A stretch of DNA of 64,000 nt from positions 96,001 to 160,000 of the IMG/VR virus record IMGVR_UViG_3300037560_000207; one strand, 5' to 3'. A model generated the notes under the pieces. It was not told the DNA's origin. It searched no databases and was given only the letters and a program-made list of their open reading frames with translations. This DNA is from a virus. This document shows positions 1 to 8,406 of this stretch, piece after piece. The number at the start of each line of letters is the position of its first letter. The first letter of the stretch is position 1. The position numbers and the translations under genes were made by a program.

Positions 1-1
1 C

Positions 2-79
2 TATTCTCCATGCGTTGGTAAACCAACACTTACCGAAAATGGAGAATTTTTTGATATCGAAGTCGTTGATAAGGAGTAA
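2..79 (+). CDS. 3' end of a CDS running in from upstream of the window
   Basis: Open frame 2 (YSPCVGKPTLTENGEFFDIEVVDKE) ending at TAA 77-79, whose last codons form the AAGGAG SD of the next gene. Confidence 0.5.
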   Translation, partial: YSPCVGKPTLTENGEFFDIEVVDKE

Positions 80-83
80 ATCC

Positions 84-275
84 ATGGAAGAACCACTGCC
101 GTGCCCGTTTTGCGGTGAAGATGTTGCACCGAATGAACATAAATTCATTGATGGTCACATTCATTATTATCTCACATGTTGGAATGATGATTGTGAAGTA
201 AACCCCGAAATAAAGAGACCATCGCATAGTAAAGAAGAAATCATTTGTAAATGGAACAAAAGAAAGGAGAATTAA
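84..275 (+). CDS. Lar-family (restriction alleviation-like) Zn-ribbon protein
   Basis: LPCPFCG...C...C...WNKR pattern; AAGGAG SD at 71-76 before ATG 84. Confidence 0.65.
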   Translation: MEEPLPCPFCGEDVAPNEHKFIDGHIHYYLTCWNDDCEVNPEIKRPSHSKEEIICKWNKRKEN

Positions 276-276
276 A

Positions 277-519
277 ATGAATCGCGTCCGTATTTGTGGC
301 GAAATCATTAATCAATATGAACGAGTTATCGTAGTATCAGATGAAGAATTACAACAATTACGCAGTAATCTAAATCATGTAAAAAACAAAGGAGATCAAT
401 CTATTGATGATTTCTTAGGAGAAAGTTATGGAGATCAACCTTTCGATTGGCAATGTATTGAGTGGTCAGCGGAATTAATCAATGACAAGGGCCTAGTAAT
501 CGAGTCTCTAGATACTTAA
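277..519 (+). CDS. hypothetical protein
   Basis: ORF tightly packed between neighbours, AGGAGA SD. Confidence 0.6.
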   Translation: MNRVRICGEIINQYERVIVVSDEELQQLRSNLNHVKNKGDQSIDDFLGESYGDQPFDWQCIEWSAELINDKGLVIESLDT

Positions 520-529
520 GGAGATAACA

Positions 530-943
530 ATGTCAAGATATTGCGTAGTAAAGACGATTTTTATGGACGAAGACGCTCTCGTCGATGCACTCGTAGAGAC
601 TGGTAATTGGACGACAGAACAAATCGAAGTCCATACTGATGCTCAACATCTCAGGGGATATCAAAATGATATAAGACCAGAAATAGCCCATATTATTATA
701 CGCAAAAAAACTGTCGGAACATCATCCAATGATATCGGTTTCATCAGAAAAGAAGATGGTACCTACGAGGCAATTATATCGGCATATGACTCTAGTAAGT
801 ATGGGTCTAAATTCATGGGTAAACTAAAAGGTAACTACGCATTCCATAAACTCCGTCGAGAACAAGAAGGTCGTGGTCGACAAGTTTTTCGCACACGATG
901 TCCAAATGGACGTCAAAGGGTTGAGATTGTTGGATACAGATAA
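530..943 (+). CDS. DUF1257 (Ycf35-like) protein
   Basis: MSRY..VKT...D...LV.AL, HLRGYQNDIR, SNDIGF....DGTYEAIIS.YD motifs; AAGGAG SD. Confidence 0.8.
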   Translation: MSRYCVVKTIFMDEDALVDALVETGNWTTEQIEVHTDAQHLRGYQNDIRPEIAHIIIRKKTVGTSSNDIGFIRKEDGTYEAIISAYDSSKYGSKFMGKLKGNYAFHKLRREQEGRGRQVFRTRCPNGRQRVEIVGYR

Positions 944-954
944 AGGAAAGTGTA

Positions 955-1158
955 ATGGCCAATACAATAGCAAAAGCTTATGGAAATGATTCGACAAGGA
1001 CAAAAGAAACCCATAGATTAGGGGGCCAATCAGCTACCGGAGAAGCAAATACCTGGAGAACATTTTCCAGAACACATGTAAATAAAGACGGTAGCGGATA
1101 CTTTCAACTAGAAAGAGATGGAAAAATCATCCACTCCCATGGGTGGGGGCCTGAATGA
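955..1158 (+). CDS. hypothetical protein
   Basis: ORF with AAGGA SD, in operon context. Confidence 0.6.
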   Translation: MANTIAKAYGNDSTRTKETHRLGGQSATGEANTWRTFSRTHVNKDGSGYFQLERDGKIIHSHGWGPE

Positions 1159-1171
1159 GTAGATAAAAATT

Positions 1172-1597
1172 ATGTCAATTACGTTGTCAAGTTTCTTTAA
1201 ACATAGCCCGAATGGTAGTCTATCATTTATTGATGAAACTGGAGCCCCAATACGTGCAATATTCTGTTTCACAGGAAAAGCACCGATGTCTCGTAGTAAA
1301 ATGGAAGCACTTGCCATAAAAGCTGGTGCATCGATAACAAAATCAATAACTAATAAAACAACTATATTAGTAGCAGCTAATCAATGTAATCAATCTACCA
1401 AAATTAAAAAAGCCATCTCGATGGGAATTAATCTTATAAGTCCAAAAGAATTCTTTCAAATGTGTGAGCATACAATGAAACTTAGAACAATAGTAACAAA
1501 TGCTGTAGAAAAGGCTAAGTCACAACAGACATATACTAAATCAAAAACAAAACCAATTAAAAAGAAACATTCGTTTACTCGACGAATAGAATTGTAA
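1172..1597 (+). CDS. stand-alone BRCT-domain protein
   Basis: FCFTGK..MSR..MEALA..AGA.ITKSIT.KT.ILV...STK.KKA...GI.LIS..EF, as in the NAD-ligase C-terminal BRCT. Confidence 0.8.
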   Translation: MSITLSSFFKHSPNGSLSFIDETGAPIRAIFCFTGKAPMSRSKMEALAIKAGASITKSITNKTTILVAANQCNQSTKIKKAISMGINLISPKEFFQMCEHTMKLRTIVTNAVEKAKSQQTYTKSKTKPIKKKHSFTRRIEL

Positions 1598-1608
1598 AGG
1601 AAATATAT

Positions 1609-1791
1609 ATGGTAAAAGAAGTTGAATTGCCAAACGACAAAAATATAAAAAATATATGTGACGACCTGATGAGGGACATCGCCAGGCTTCCATTAAAGGA
1701 CAATCCTGAACTTCAAAAGAAGGTTCGGGAGGCGTGGGAAGGAAAATATAAAAGAAGGGATAAAGATGCAAAAATTGCAATTAGAAATTAG
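1609..1791 (+). CDS. hypothetical protein
   Basis: ORF with AAGGA SD. Confidence 0.55.
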   Translation: MVKEVELPNDKNIKNICDDLMRDIARLPLKDNPELQKKVREAWEGKYKRRDKDAKIAIRN

Positions 1792-2035
1792 ACGAATAAG
1801 TATCCTAACAGGCAGAGGAACAGATCAAATAAGCTTTTGTGTTCCAAACGATCAAGCATTGGATAAAGTGTTGGGCAATACAGAAGCCCGTCAGCTTTTT
1901 CCAGAACTCAGTTTTGATTTAAAAATCACTAAAGGTAAAGGTAAAGACTTACTAGCAGCACTCGGACTAACAGCCGACGAAATTATATCACTCGAACCCG
2001 TAAAATATGAATTTGGAAAACACAGATATGATTAA
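1766..2035 (+). CDS. hypothetical protein
   Basis: ORF overlapping both neighbours. Confidence 0.55.
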   Translation: MQKLQLEIRRISILTGRGTDQISFCVPNDQALDKVLGNTEARQLFPELSFDLKITKGKGKDLLAALGLTADEIISLEPVKYEFGKHRYD

Positions 2036-3530
2036 AACACTTGATAATAAAATAATCAACGATTTTTCAAAATTAAAACGAACTTACCGTGTATTAAAAA
2101 TATGCGATTCCTGTAGTACAGAAAGTAAACCACAATGGAGACACGCAAAAGCTTCCAGGGAAAAATGGAACAAAGATTTATGCGGTCCATGTACACGAAG
2201 TAAAAATCATGAAAGAATTAAAACTAGATATGGCCGTAAAATAAAAGCCGGAATACCAGGCAATTATGTGTTTCTATGGGATGAAAGACGTAAGAAATAT
2301 GTTGGAGAACATCAACTTATCTGGGAAGAAAGAACTGGCTTCAAAGTAGCAGGTACTGATATTAAAATCCACCATATTAATGGCCAAAAAGATAACAACT
2401 TGCCAGAAAATTTATGCGCTGTTTTCGGACATGCTGACCACAGAAAATTACATGCAAGATTAGAAAAAATAGCTTTTGAACTCGTTAAAAGAGGTGTCAT
2501 CTATTTCAACCATGACACTTGCGAATATTTTATCAATCCATCAGTAAAGATGTCTACTGCTCCAATATCTCTTGGATTCGAAGATATAGCTATTCTTCAA
2601 AAAAAGGCAATAGTCCGGTCACGAACCGACGTAAATATCACATCCGAAATAATGAGGAATATTGTATTAAATATTCCACTAATTGCTGCCAATATGAGTA
2701 CAGTAACTAATGTTGAATTTTGTATTTTACTTGAAAAATTAGGTGGCATGGGGGTATTACATAGAGCTTCTTCTAATGATTTATTAGAACAATGGACCAG
2801 CCAAATAGCACAATACAACAAGCTAGTAGCTGTTTCAATAGGTATTGGTGCTTCACAATTAGACCTAGCTAAAAAATTAATTCGTGCCAATGCCAACATT
2901 ATCTTTATAGATGTTGCCCACGGATATTGTGATCCTGTAATTGATTTAGGTCGTAAAATCAAAAAATTCGCACCAGATGTACATATTGTGGTTGGAAATA
3001 CCATACATCCTGGCTTATTTGCAGAAAGTGCAGATTTTGCATCAGCAGTCAAAGTTGGAATTGCTCAGGGATTTGCTTGTGAAACTAAAAATACAGCAGG
3101 AGTAACAGAAAAACAATTTTCAGCTATTCAAAAATGTATTATGGCATCCAAAATTTATGGGCTCCCAATGATCAGTGACGGGGGGATCAGAGAACCAGCC
3201 GATTTTGTAAAAGCAATTGCTGCTGGAGCGTCAAGTGTCATGGCAGGTAAAATCTTTGCCTCATGTCCAGAAAGTGCTGCCCAATTAAGTGAAAATGGGG
3301 AAAAAATATATGCAGGAATGGCAAGCCGATTTGTACAAGAACAATGGCATGGCCACGTAAAAAATGACACCCCAGAAGGTGGAATAAGATATCTCCCATT
3401 AGGAGAATCTGCGGAAAATTTACTTAAAAGGTATGCTGGATCATTAAGGTCTGGCATATCTTATGCTGGTTGTTCTAATATTCAGAATTTTCAAGACAAT
3501 GTAGATTTTGTAATAATTGGAAAAGTTTAG
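2007..3530 (+). CDS. HNH endonuclease domain fused to IMP dehydrogenase/GMP reductase family TIM barrel
   Basis: N-terminus CxxC...HHINGQKDNNLPENL..H..LH (HNH_3-like). C-terminus PLIAANM, GGMGVLHR, IDVAHG, KVGIAQGFACETK (catalytic Cys loop), ISDGGI, GMAS, LRSGISYAG. Alternative start at 2028. Confidence 0.85.
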   Translation: MNLENTDMIKTLDNKIINDFSKLKRTYRVLKICDSCSTESKPQWRHAKASREKWNKDLCGPCTRSKNHERIKTRYGRKIKAGIPGNYVFLWDERRKKYVGEHQLIWEERTGFKVAGTDIKIHHINGQKDNNLPENLCAVFGHADHRKLHARLEKIAFELVKRGVIYFNHDTCEYFINPSVKMSTAPISLGFEDIAILQKKAIVRSRTDVNITSEIMRNIVLNIPLIAANMSTVTNVEFCILLEKLGGMGVLHRASSNDLLEQWTSQIAQYNKLVAVSIGIGASQLDLAKKLIRANANIIFIDVAHGYCDPVIDLGRKIKKFAPDVHIVVGNTIHPGLFAESADFASAVKVGIAQGFACETKNTAGVTEKQFSAIQKCIMASKIYGLPMISDGGIREPADFVKAIAAGASSVMAGKIFASCPESAAQLSENGEKIYAGMASRFVQEQWHGHVKNDTPEGGIRYLPLGESAENLLKRYAGSLRSGISYAGCSNIQNFQDNVDFVIIGKV

Positions 3531-3537
3531 GCACAAA

Positions 3538-3789
3538 ATGAAAATCATATTAGAAATCGATGAAGTAGGAGATGTACACGGATTATACACAGATAAAGTC
3601 AACTTGTTTTCTATCGGGAGGATTGAGAACGTCAAAAAAGCGTCTAACGTAGAATTTAATGAACAGTCCCAAACTTGGATGGTGCTTTCTTTAGATAGCA
3701 AAGTCTTATATCAAAATCAAAACAGAGAAGTAGCAATACAAAAAGAGATCGAACTTTTTTCTCCAGGAGGAAAATTCTATGACAGGTAA
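3538..3789 (+). CDS. hypothetical protein resembling the small ORF found in DUF2997/DUF1257 clusters
   Basis: I.E.G.V..LY.D...L..IG.....ASNVE......W...... pattern, recognised by eye. Confidence 0.6.
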   Translation: MKIILEIDEVGDVHGLYTDKVNLFSIGRIENVKKASNVEFNEQSQTWMVLSLDSKVLYQNQNREVAIQKEIELFSPGGKFYDR

Positions 3790-4009
3790 ATGCCCAAAAT
3801 GTGGCTATAAACAATATAAGAAAAGAGATGATCCCAGATGTCCTAGATGTAAATTATCACATGGTCCACACGGATGGTATTACTGTCAATCCTGTATGGA
3901 CAAAGGCGCACCCATGGTTCTTGGTCGTCGTGTCGATTATTACCGTAAAAAATATGGTAAAAATTGGTGGAGAGTATTGGTTAAAAAACAGAGGAGTAAA
4001 GTCGTATGA
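3779..4009 (+). CDS. Cys-rich Zn-finger hypothetical protein
   Basis: CPKC, CPRC and CQSC motifs. Confidence 0.55.
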   Translation: MTGKCPKCGYKQYKKRDDPRCPRCKLSHGPHGWYYCQSCMDKGAPMVLGRRVDYYRKKYGKNWWRVLVKKQRSKVV

Positions 4010-4182
4010 GAAAAGTACATTATCAAGTCGTATTAGACGTATTCACCAGTGAGGATGATAACGTTAGTAGTGGAACCGAAATACTGGGAGAGGCTGATTT
4101 TTGGCCAAATATATGGAATAGTGATGATGTTGATATATTGGATGTGATGACAAAAAGTGTCAGAATCACTGACTCACGCTAA
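4006..4182 (+). CDS. small hypothetical protein (58 aa, below the ORF-track cutoff)
   Basis: ATGA overlap at 4006, GAGGAG SD, MRKVHYQVVLDVF...TDSR*; fills the gap exactly. Confidence 0.55.
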   Translation: MRKVHYQVVLDVFTSEDDNVSSGTEILGEADFWPNIWNSDDVDILDVMTKSVRITDSR

Positions 4183-4196
4183 GGAGATTTATAGTC

Positions 4197-4391
4197 ATGG
4201 CTACCAAAAAAGAGTATATAGAAGCTGCGGTTGAACGAATTAGGGATTGGTGTAAGTCAACCGATTGTAAAATCCCAGATATTGCCTATATGTCAATCCA
4301 TCAAGAACTTAGAACAATGTTTGAAGCAGGTATACTTTTTGTTGAAAATAAAGAGCAACATACATTCGAACCGTTCGATCTATTTCCTTAA
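4197..4391 (+). CDS. hypothetical protein
   Basis: AAGGAG SD. Confidence 0.6.
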   Translation: MATKKEYIEAAVERIRDWCKSTDCKIPDIAYMSIHQELRTMFEAGILFVENKEQHTFEPFDLFP

Positions 4392-4401
4392 GAAAGAAAA
4401 G

Positions 4402-4674
4402 ATGAATATTGTCAAAAAAATCGCTGATTTATGTAAAAAATCCAAAACCACAAAGAAAACCCCGCAATTTGCTTTTTGTGAATCAATATATGCTAGTAGT
4501 ATAAGTCCGTGGCATATCAGAGAATTAACATATCGGGGACTTAAACTAAGTGGCGGAGCCGATACAAAATCTCTCTGTGATCGAGAAATGAGTTGGGATT
4601 TGGATGTAGAAATTACACCGCATCATTTAACCCATTGTTGTAATAAATGCGCACAAAAATTTAAGGAGATTTAA
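4402..4674 (+). CDS. hypothetical protein
   Basis: ATG 4402 after the previous stop; CYS/HIS-containing C-terminus. Confidence 0.55.
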   Translation: MNIVKKIADLCKKSKTTKKTPQFAFCESIYASSISPWHIRELTYRGLKLSGGADTKSLCDREMSWDLDVEITPHHLTHCCNKCAQKFKEI

Positions 4675-5031
4675 ATGCCACTATACAAATGCGAAGTAAC
4701 TTTTGATATTGTCGTAGACGCAAGAGATAAAAAAGATGCTGTCAAATTAGCTGATGATAATATCCACGAAGAAATTAATAATACAGGAGAACAACCTATA
4801 AAAATAACAATAAAACAAATTACAAATATCCGTGATCTACCACATAATTGGCTAGAAGCAACTCCATGGAATAAACAAGAACATAGTCACACATGTTCAG
4901 ATATACTAGCATCAAAACAATTTAAACTACTCATATGTTGTAAATGCAAAAGTAAAATAGATTTAGTATCCGTCGCTAATCAAGTAGTATGTAAAAAATG
5001 TGCAATCAAAGAAATTAGAGGTAAAAAATGA
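4675..5031 (+). CDS. hypothetical protein with C-terminal CxxC pairs
   Basis: AAGGAG SD; CCKC..CKKC. Confidence 0.6.
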   Translation: MPLYKCEVTFDIVVDARDKKDAVKLADDNIHEEINNTGEQPIKITIKQITNIRDLPHNWLEATPWNKQEHSHTCSDILASKQFKLLICCKCKSKIDLVSVANQVVCKKCAIKEIRGKK

Positions 5032-5252
5032 TAAAAAGAGATAAAATTTACATCATAAACATCAACGACCTTAGTGAGGTAAAATCTTTTTCAATTAAAG
5101 AAAATACCGCCGAAATGATAGCAGACTATTTTCTTGATAAAAAAATTGATTTACATCTCATTTGTCGTCCAGGTTATCGTTCTATTACTTTAAAATCATG
5201 GCTTCATACAAATATGATAAAAGAAATCCAAGAATGGTTAGAGGAGGAATAG
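5028..5252 (+). CDS. hypothetical protein
   Basis: ATGA overlap, GAGG SD. Confidence 0.55.
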   Translation: MIKRDKIYIININDLSEVKSFSIKENTAEMIADYFLDKKIDLHLICRPGYRSITLKSWLHTNMIKEIQEWLEEE

Positions 5253-5254
5253 TC

Positions 5255-5458
5255 ATGCGTGGACAAAAGAAAATTGTAGTCGAGATTGATGAAGAAGGAA
5301 ATTGTTCCATAGATGGGCAAGGGTTCCAAGGCCCAGAATGTAGTCATTTTATAGGTGAAGTAGAAGAAGCTCTTGGGCAAAAAGTTTCTCAAAAAAACAA
5401 GCCGGAGTTTCGACAGCGTCGTGTAGTTAGTAAAAGAAATCTTCAGAGGAGTAGATAA
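5255..5458 (+). CDS. DUF2997 family protein
   Basis: K.IVVEID.EG...I.GQGFQGP.C......E.ALG......KPEF; GAGGAGG SD. Confidence 0.8.
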   Translation: MRGQKKIVVEIDEEGNCSIDGQGFQGPECSHFIGEVEEALGQKVSQKNKPEFRQRRVVSKRNLQRSR

Positions 5459-5682
5459 TGAAACGAGCAAAAACTAAAGCGTCAGGGTATATCGTATTAT
5501 GGAAAGGGAACCTATTAACAAAATCAGGACATAAAGGGATTGAAGAAATGGTTGTTGTATGTGAGTCAGATGCTGTAGGTATGCATCCCACAAAACGTGC
5601 AGCCAATAACGCAATTGAACATGATAGGGATGGTACACCTTGGCACAGGGATGATTATACCGTTGTTCCCCTGACCCAATAA
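5458..5682 (+). CDS. hypothetical protein
   Basis: TAATG coupling, AGGAG SD. Confidence 0.55.
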   Translation: MKRAKTKASGYIVLWKGNLLTKSGHKGIEEMVVVCESDAVGMHPTKRAANNAIEHDRDGTPWHRDDYTVVPLTQ

Positions 5683-5696
5683 CCAAAGGAACAAAT

Positions 5697-5912
5697 GTGA
5701 AAAAGAAAAGATCACGAATAGGTAATATTAGAATTAGTGGTAGCAAAGATCGTATATGGGGATGGCGTATTGATGTAACAAGTCCACTAACCACTATTAA
5801 ACCAGAGCAAGGTGTTTACTCTAGTAAAGCATCTGCTCTTCGAGCAGCTAGATATGCAGCAAAATGCTTTGGGATCACAGATGTAATTATTACTTACCAT
5901 GTGGGGATATAA
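5697..5912 (+). CDS. hypothetical protein
   Basis: GTG start with AAGGA SD. Confidence 0.55.
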   Translation: MKKKRSRIGNIRISGSKDRIWGWRIDVTSPLTTIKPEQGVYSSKASALRAARYAAKCFGITDVIITYHVGI

Positions 5913-5915
5913 ATA

Positions 5916-6137
5916 ATGGCGTGTAATGGTATACAACAATGCGGATTTTGTCATAGGTATATGTGGTGCTCAAACTTAGATTTAATATCAGCTTATAAGG
6001 AATTAGTAACAGCCCTTGAAGGATTATGTGAAGCAAGGCGCAATAAGGGGGATGGTGGTAACCCAGAAGGTAACATACATCCATGGTTGGAATTGGTATC
6101 ATCTACTAAAAGAAAAATAAATGAACTTAAAAGATAG
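5916..6137 (+). CDS. hypothetical protein
   Basis: ORF in operon; CGFC..C motif. Confidence 0.5.
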   Translation: MACNGIQQCGFCHRYMWCSNLDLISAYKELVTALEGLCEARRNKGDGGNPEGNIHPWLELVSSTKRKINELKR

Positions 6138-6152
6138 CTATGGAGATATGGA

Positions 6153-6344
6153 ATGGCTAATCTATTAAATAAGTCAGCGACAAAAAAATTCATCTTGGCT
6201 AAGTTCAAAAGCCTCCGTCCCGGTATGCCAATAACAAGAATATCAATAGAGGCACTCGAAAGATTGGAAGCAGATTTACGAGCAAAGATTATCTTTGAAG
6301 TAAGAAGGCACCCATCTATTGGAAAAACTTTTCGCATTGATTAA
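6153..6344 (+). CDS. putative histone-fold protein (bacterial/phage histone-like)
   Basis: 63-aa basic protein; L.KS..KK.I / R.S.EAL..L long helix / GKT.. matches the alpha1-L1-alpha2-L2 histone-fold layout. Confidence 0.5.
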   Translation: MANLLNKSATKKFILAKFKSLRPGMPITRISIEALERLEADLRAKIIFEVRRHPSIGKTFRID

Positions 6345-6960
6345 TTTAACAAATAAAATATTTGGAAGATTAAGAATAATTTGCCGTACATCAAATAATA
6401 AATGGGGCTCACCAAGATGGTTATGTAAATGTAGTTGTGGTAATGAAACAATTACTGAGGGTTCTAGTTTAAAAAACGGAAGCACTAAAAGTTGTGGATG
6501 TTTGAAAAAAGAAGGCAATAATTATAAACATGGCAACAATACAACAAATAAAAGAACACAAATTTATAGAGCTTGGGCTGCCATGTTAAATAGATGTAAC
6601 AACACTAAATATGAAAGATATCATCAATGGGGTAAAAGAGGAATAAAAGTTTGTAATAGGTGGTATAAATTCGAAAATTTTCTAGAAGATATGGGCAATC
6701 CTCCTACAAAATATCATTCTCTTGATAGAATTAATAATGATGGTAATTACTGTAAATCAAACTGTCGTTGGGCGACCCCAAAAGAACAGGGTCGCAATAA
6801 AAGAAACAATAGACTTATATCATTCAACGACAAAACACAATGTCTATCTGCATGGGCAGAAGAATACAAAATAAAATCGAGCATAATAGCGGATAGACTA
6901 AAACATAATTGGCCTATTAAAAAAGCTTTAATAACTCCTCCTAAAAAATGGAAAATTTAA
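6319..6960 (+). CDS. free-standing HNH-like homing endonuclease, family A copy 1
   Basis: FGRL..WLC.C.CG..SCGC..HG..RG.KVC.RW..FENFL.DMG..SLDRINNDGNY...NCRWAT; probable TTG start at 6337. Confidence 0.8.
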   Translation: MEKLFALINLTNKIFGRLRIICRTSNNKWGSPRWLCKCSCGNETITEGSSLKNGSTKSCGCLKKEGNNYKHGNNTTNKRTQIYRAWAAMLNRCNNTKYERYHQWGKRGIKVCNRWYKFENFLEDMGNPPTKYHSLDRINNDGNYCKSNCRWATPKEQGRNKRNNRLISFNDKTQCLSAWAEEYKIKSSIIADRLKHNWPIKKALITPPKKWKI

Positions 6961-7313
6961 TGACTATTCCAGAAGCATCGATAAAGGCAGCCAAGTATTC
7001 CAATGTCAAACGAGCCAAAGTATCAGCTATTGCATTCTCACATTCAGGAGAAATAATAGCAACAGCACACAATAGGCGTATTCTTGGACAAGTTGGTATA
7101 TTTACACAACACGCTGAAACAAACCTAATACACAAATTAAACAAATTAAAGGCATTCAATCGTTTTAAAGACATTACGATTCTTGTGCTTAGAATCAGTT
7201 CATACGGAATAACAATGGCAAAACCATGCTCCAAGTGTCAAAACCTATTAAGACAATATCCAGTTAATGTATCATATTCTGGGTGGGATGGGCAAATTTA
7301 TTCTGGATTGTAG
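6948..7313 (+). CDS. cytidine/deoxycytidylate deaminase-superfamily protein
   Basis: HAE and KPCSKC Zn-binding motifs. Confidence 0.8.
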   Translation: MENLMTIPEASIKAAKYSNVKRAKVSAIAFSHSGEIIATAHNRRILGQVGIFTQHAETNLIHKLNKLKAFNRFKDITILVLRISSYGITMAKPCSKCQNLLRQYPVNVSYSGWDGQIYSGL

Positions 7314-7324
7314 AACTTTGAACG

Positions 7325-7891
7325 TTGGCGGTAAGCAATAAGAAGAGTAAGAAAGGTAGTCACAGGAAAAAAGTAATGGCAAAAAAGCCCCAGCCGAGAG
7401 ATAAAAAGCCGGCAAAGCGAAGGGCAATAAGAACGGTCTCGGTTGACAAGTTCGGCAAGGATCACTGGGCTCTGCTCGGCTACATTGAGACTTGTTGCGT
7501 AGAACCAAGGGAAAACAAAGTCAATCACGACAATATGAGAACAAACCCGAACCGCAATCTGGAGCTTGGATTCCACAAGAGCCGACTCGGTACCGAAATG
7601 AAATGGAAGGACGAATACAGCACCCGCCTTAGAACTTTCCCTTGGAAGAGTACGAGCAAAACAGAGAAGGCGAAACACCGGGTGGCGGGGCATGACGACT
7701 GGGATTGTCTGAAAGACCTAGAGCGGGCAGGGCTCGCCCGTCTGATCTCCTATGTCAACGGCTTCGTCCAGATAACCGATGCCGGGCTTGCGATAGCTGC
7801 CGAGATGAGGGCTCACAAGGCTAAAGGCGGATATTTCTCGAACTTCACGCCGAAAATGATCCCCAACCCAGCAAACTGCGACGGCGAATGA
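7325..7891 (+). CDS. hypothetical protein in a GC-rich patch
   Basis: KDHW.L..YIE...HDDWDCL.DL..AGL; sampled lines are 50-67% GC versus about 35% in flanks. Confidence 0.7.
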   Translation: MAVSNKKSKKGSHRKKVMAKKPQPRDKKPAKRRAIRTVSVDKFGKDHWALLGYIETCCVEPRENKVNHDNMRTNPNRNLELGFHKSRLGTEMKWKDEYSTRLRTFPWKSTSKTEKAKHRVAGHDDWDCLKDLERAGLARLISYVNGFVQITDAGLAIAAEMRAHKAKGGYFSNFTPKMIPNPANCDGE

Positions 7892-7961
7892 ATTCTAAAA
7901 CCAACATCAATTTCAAGTACGAAGCCTGCGGAATGGATAAATCCATTCTGGGTTGTAGGAC

Positions 7962-8192
7962 TTGGCGCGTTGGCGAGTTAAACAAAAATTAACCGCTAAT
8001 TTACTGTGTGTGTATTTTGAACGGAGTTATGTAGTGGAGGAAAAATTAACAAATAAAAAATGGATTCATAAAATTGTCGTAAATGGATTACGTGAAACCA
8101 TACGTATTCATGGCCCAATAGGTAAAAAACTTATTGGTAGTGCCGCAAAAAGAATTATCGGTATGTTATCTACCAAGGAGAGAAAAGGATGA
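7962..8192 (+). CDS. hypothetical protein (start uncertain)
   Basis: TTG-start ORF ending in an ATGA overlap with the next gene. Confidence 0.4.
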   Translation: MARWRVKQKLTANLLCVYFERSYVVEEKLTNKKWIHKIVVNGLRETIRIHGPIGKKLIGSAAKRIIGMLSTKERKG

Positions 8193-8406
8193 AAGTATAC
8201 GTTGTAACACAAAAGAAGATGGTGGATGTAATCGAGTTCGTGGTGTGTTTGCCACTAAAATTAAAGCAGATGAATATGTAGGACCACAAGATACAAGAGA
8301 AACTATCAAATGTGACGGTTGCGGTCAACAAAAATCAAACCCAGCATATGATGAACTTGAAGCCTGGAAACAAGAATTATCTATAAAAGAGTGGTACGTT
8401 CAATAA
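8189..8406 (+). pseudogene. small phage protein with apparent frameshift
   Basis: MKVYVVTQ (ATG 8189, AAGGA SD) continues as EDGGCNRVRGVFATKIKADEY in another frame; break at the A4 run 8211-8214. Confidence 0.5.

Noticed and set aside
7925-7960. Hairpin GAATGGAT-AA-ATCCATTC
   Set aside because: The loop is only 2 nt, there is no U-tract, and it lies inside a possible short ORF; not supported as a terminator or ncRNA
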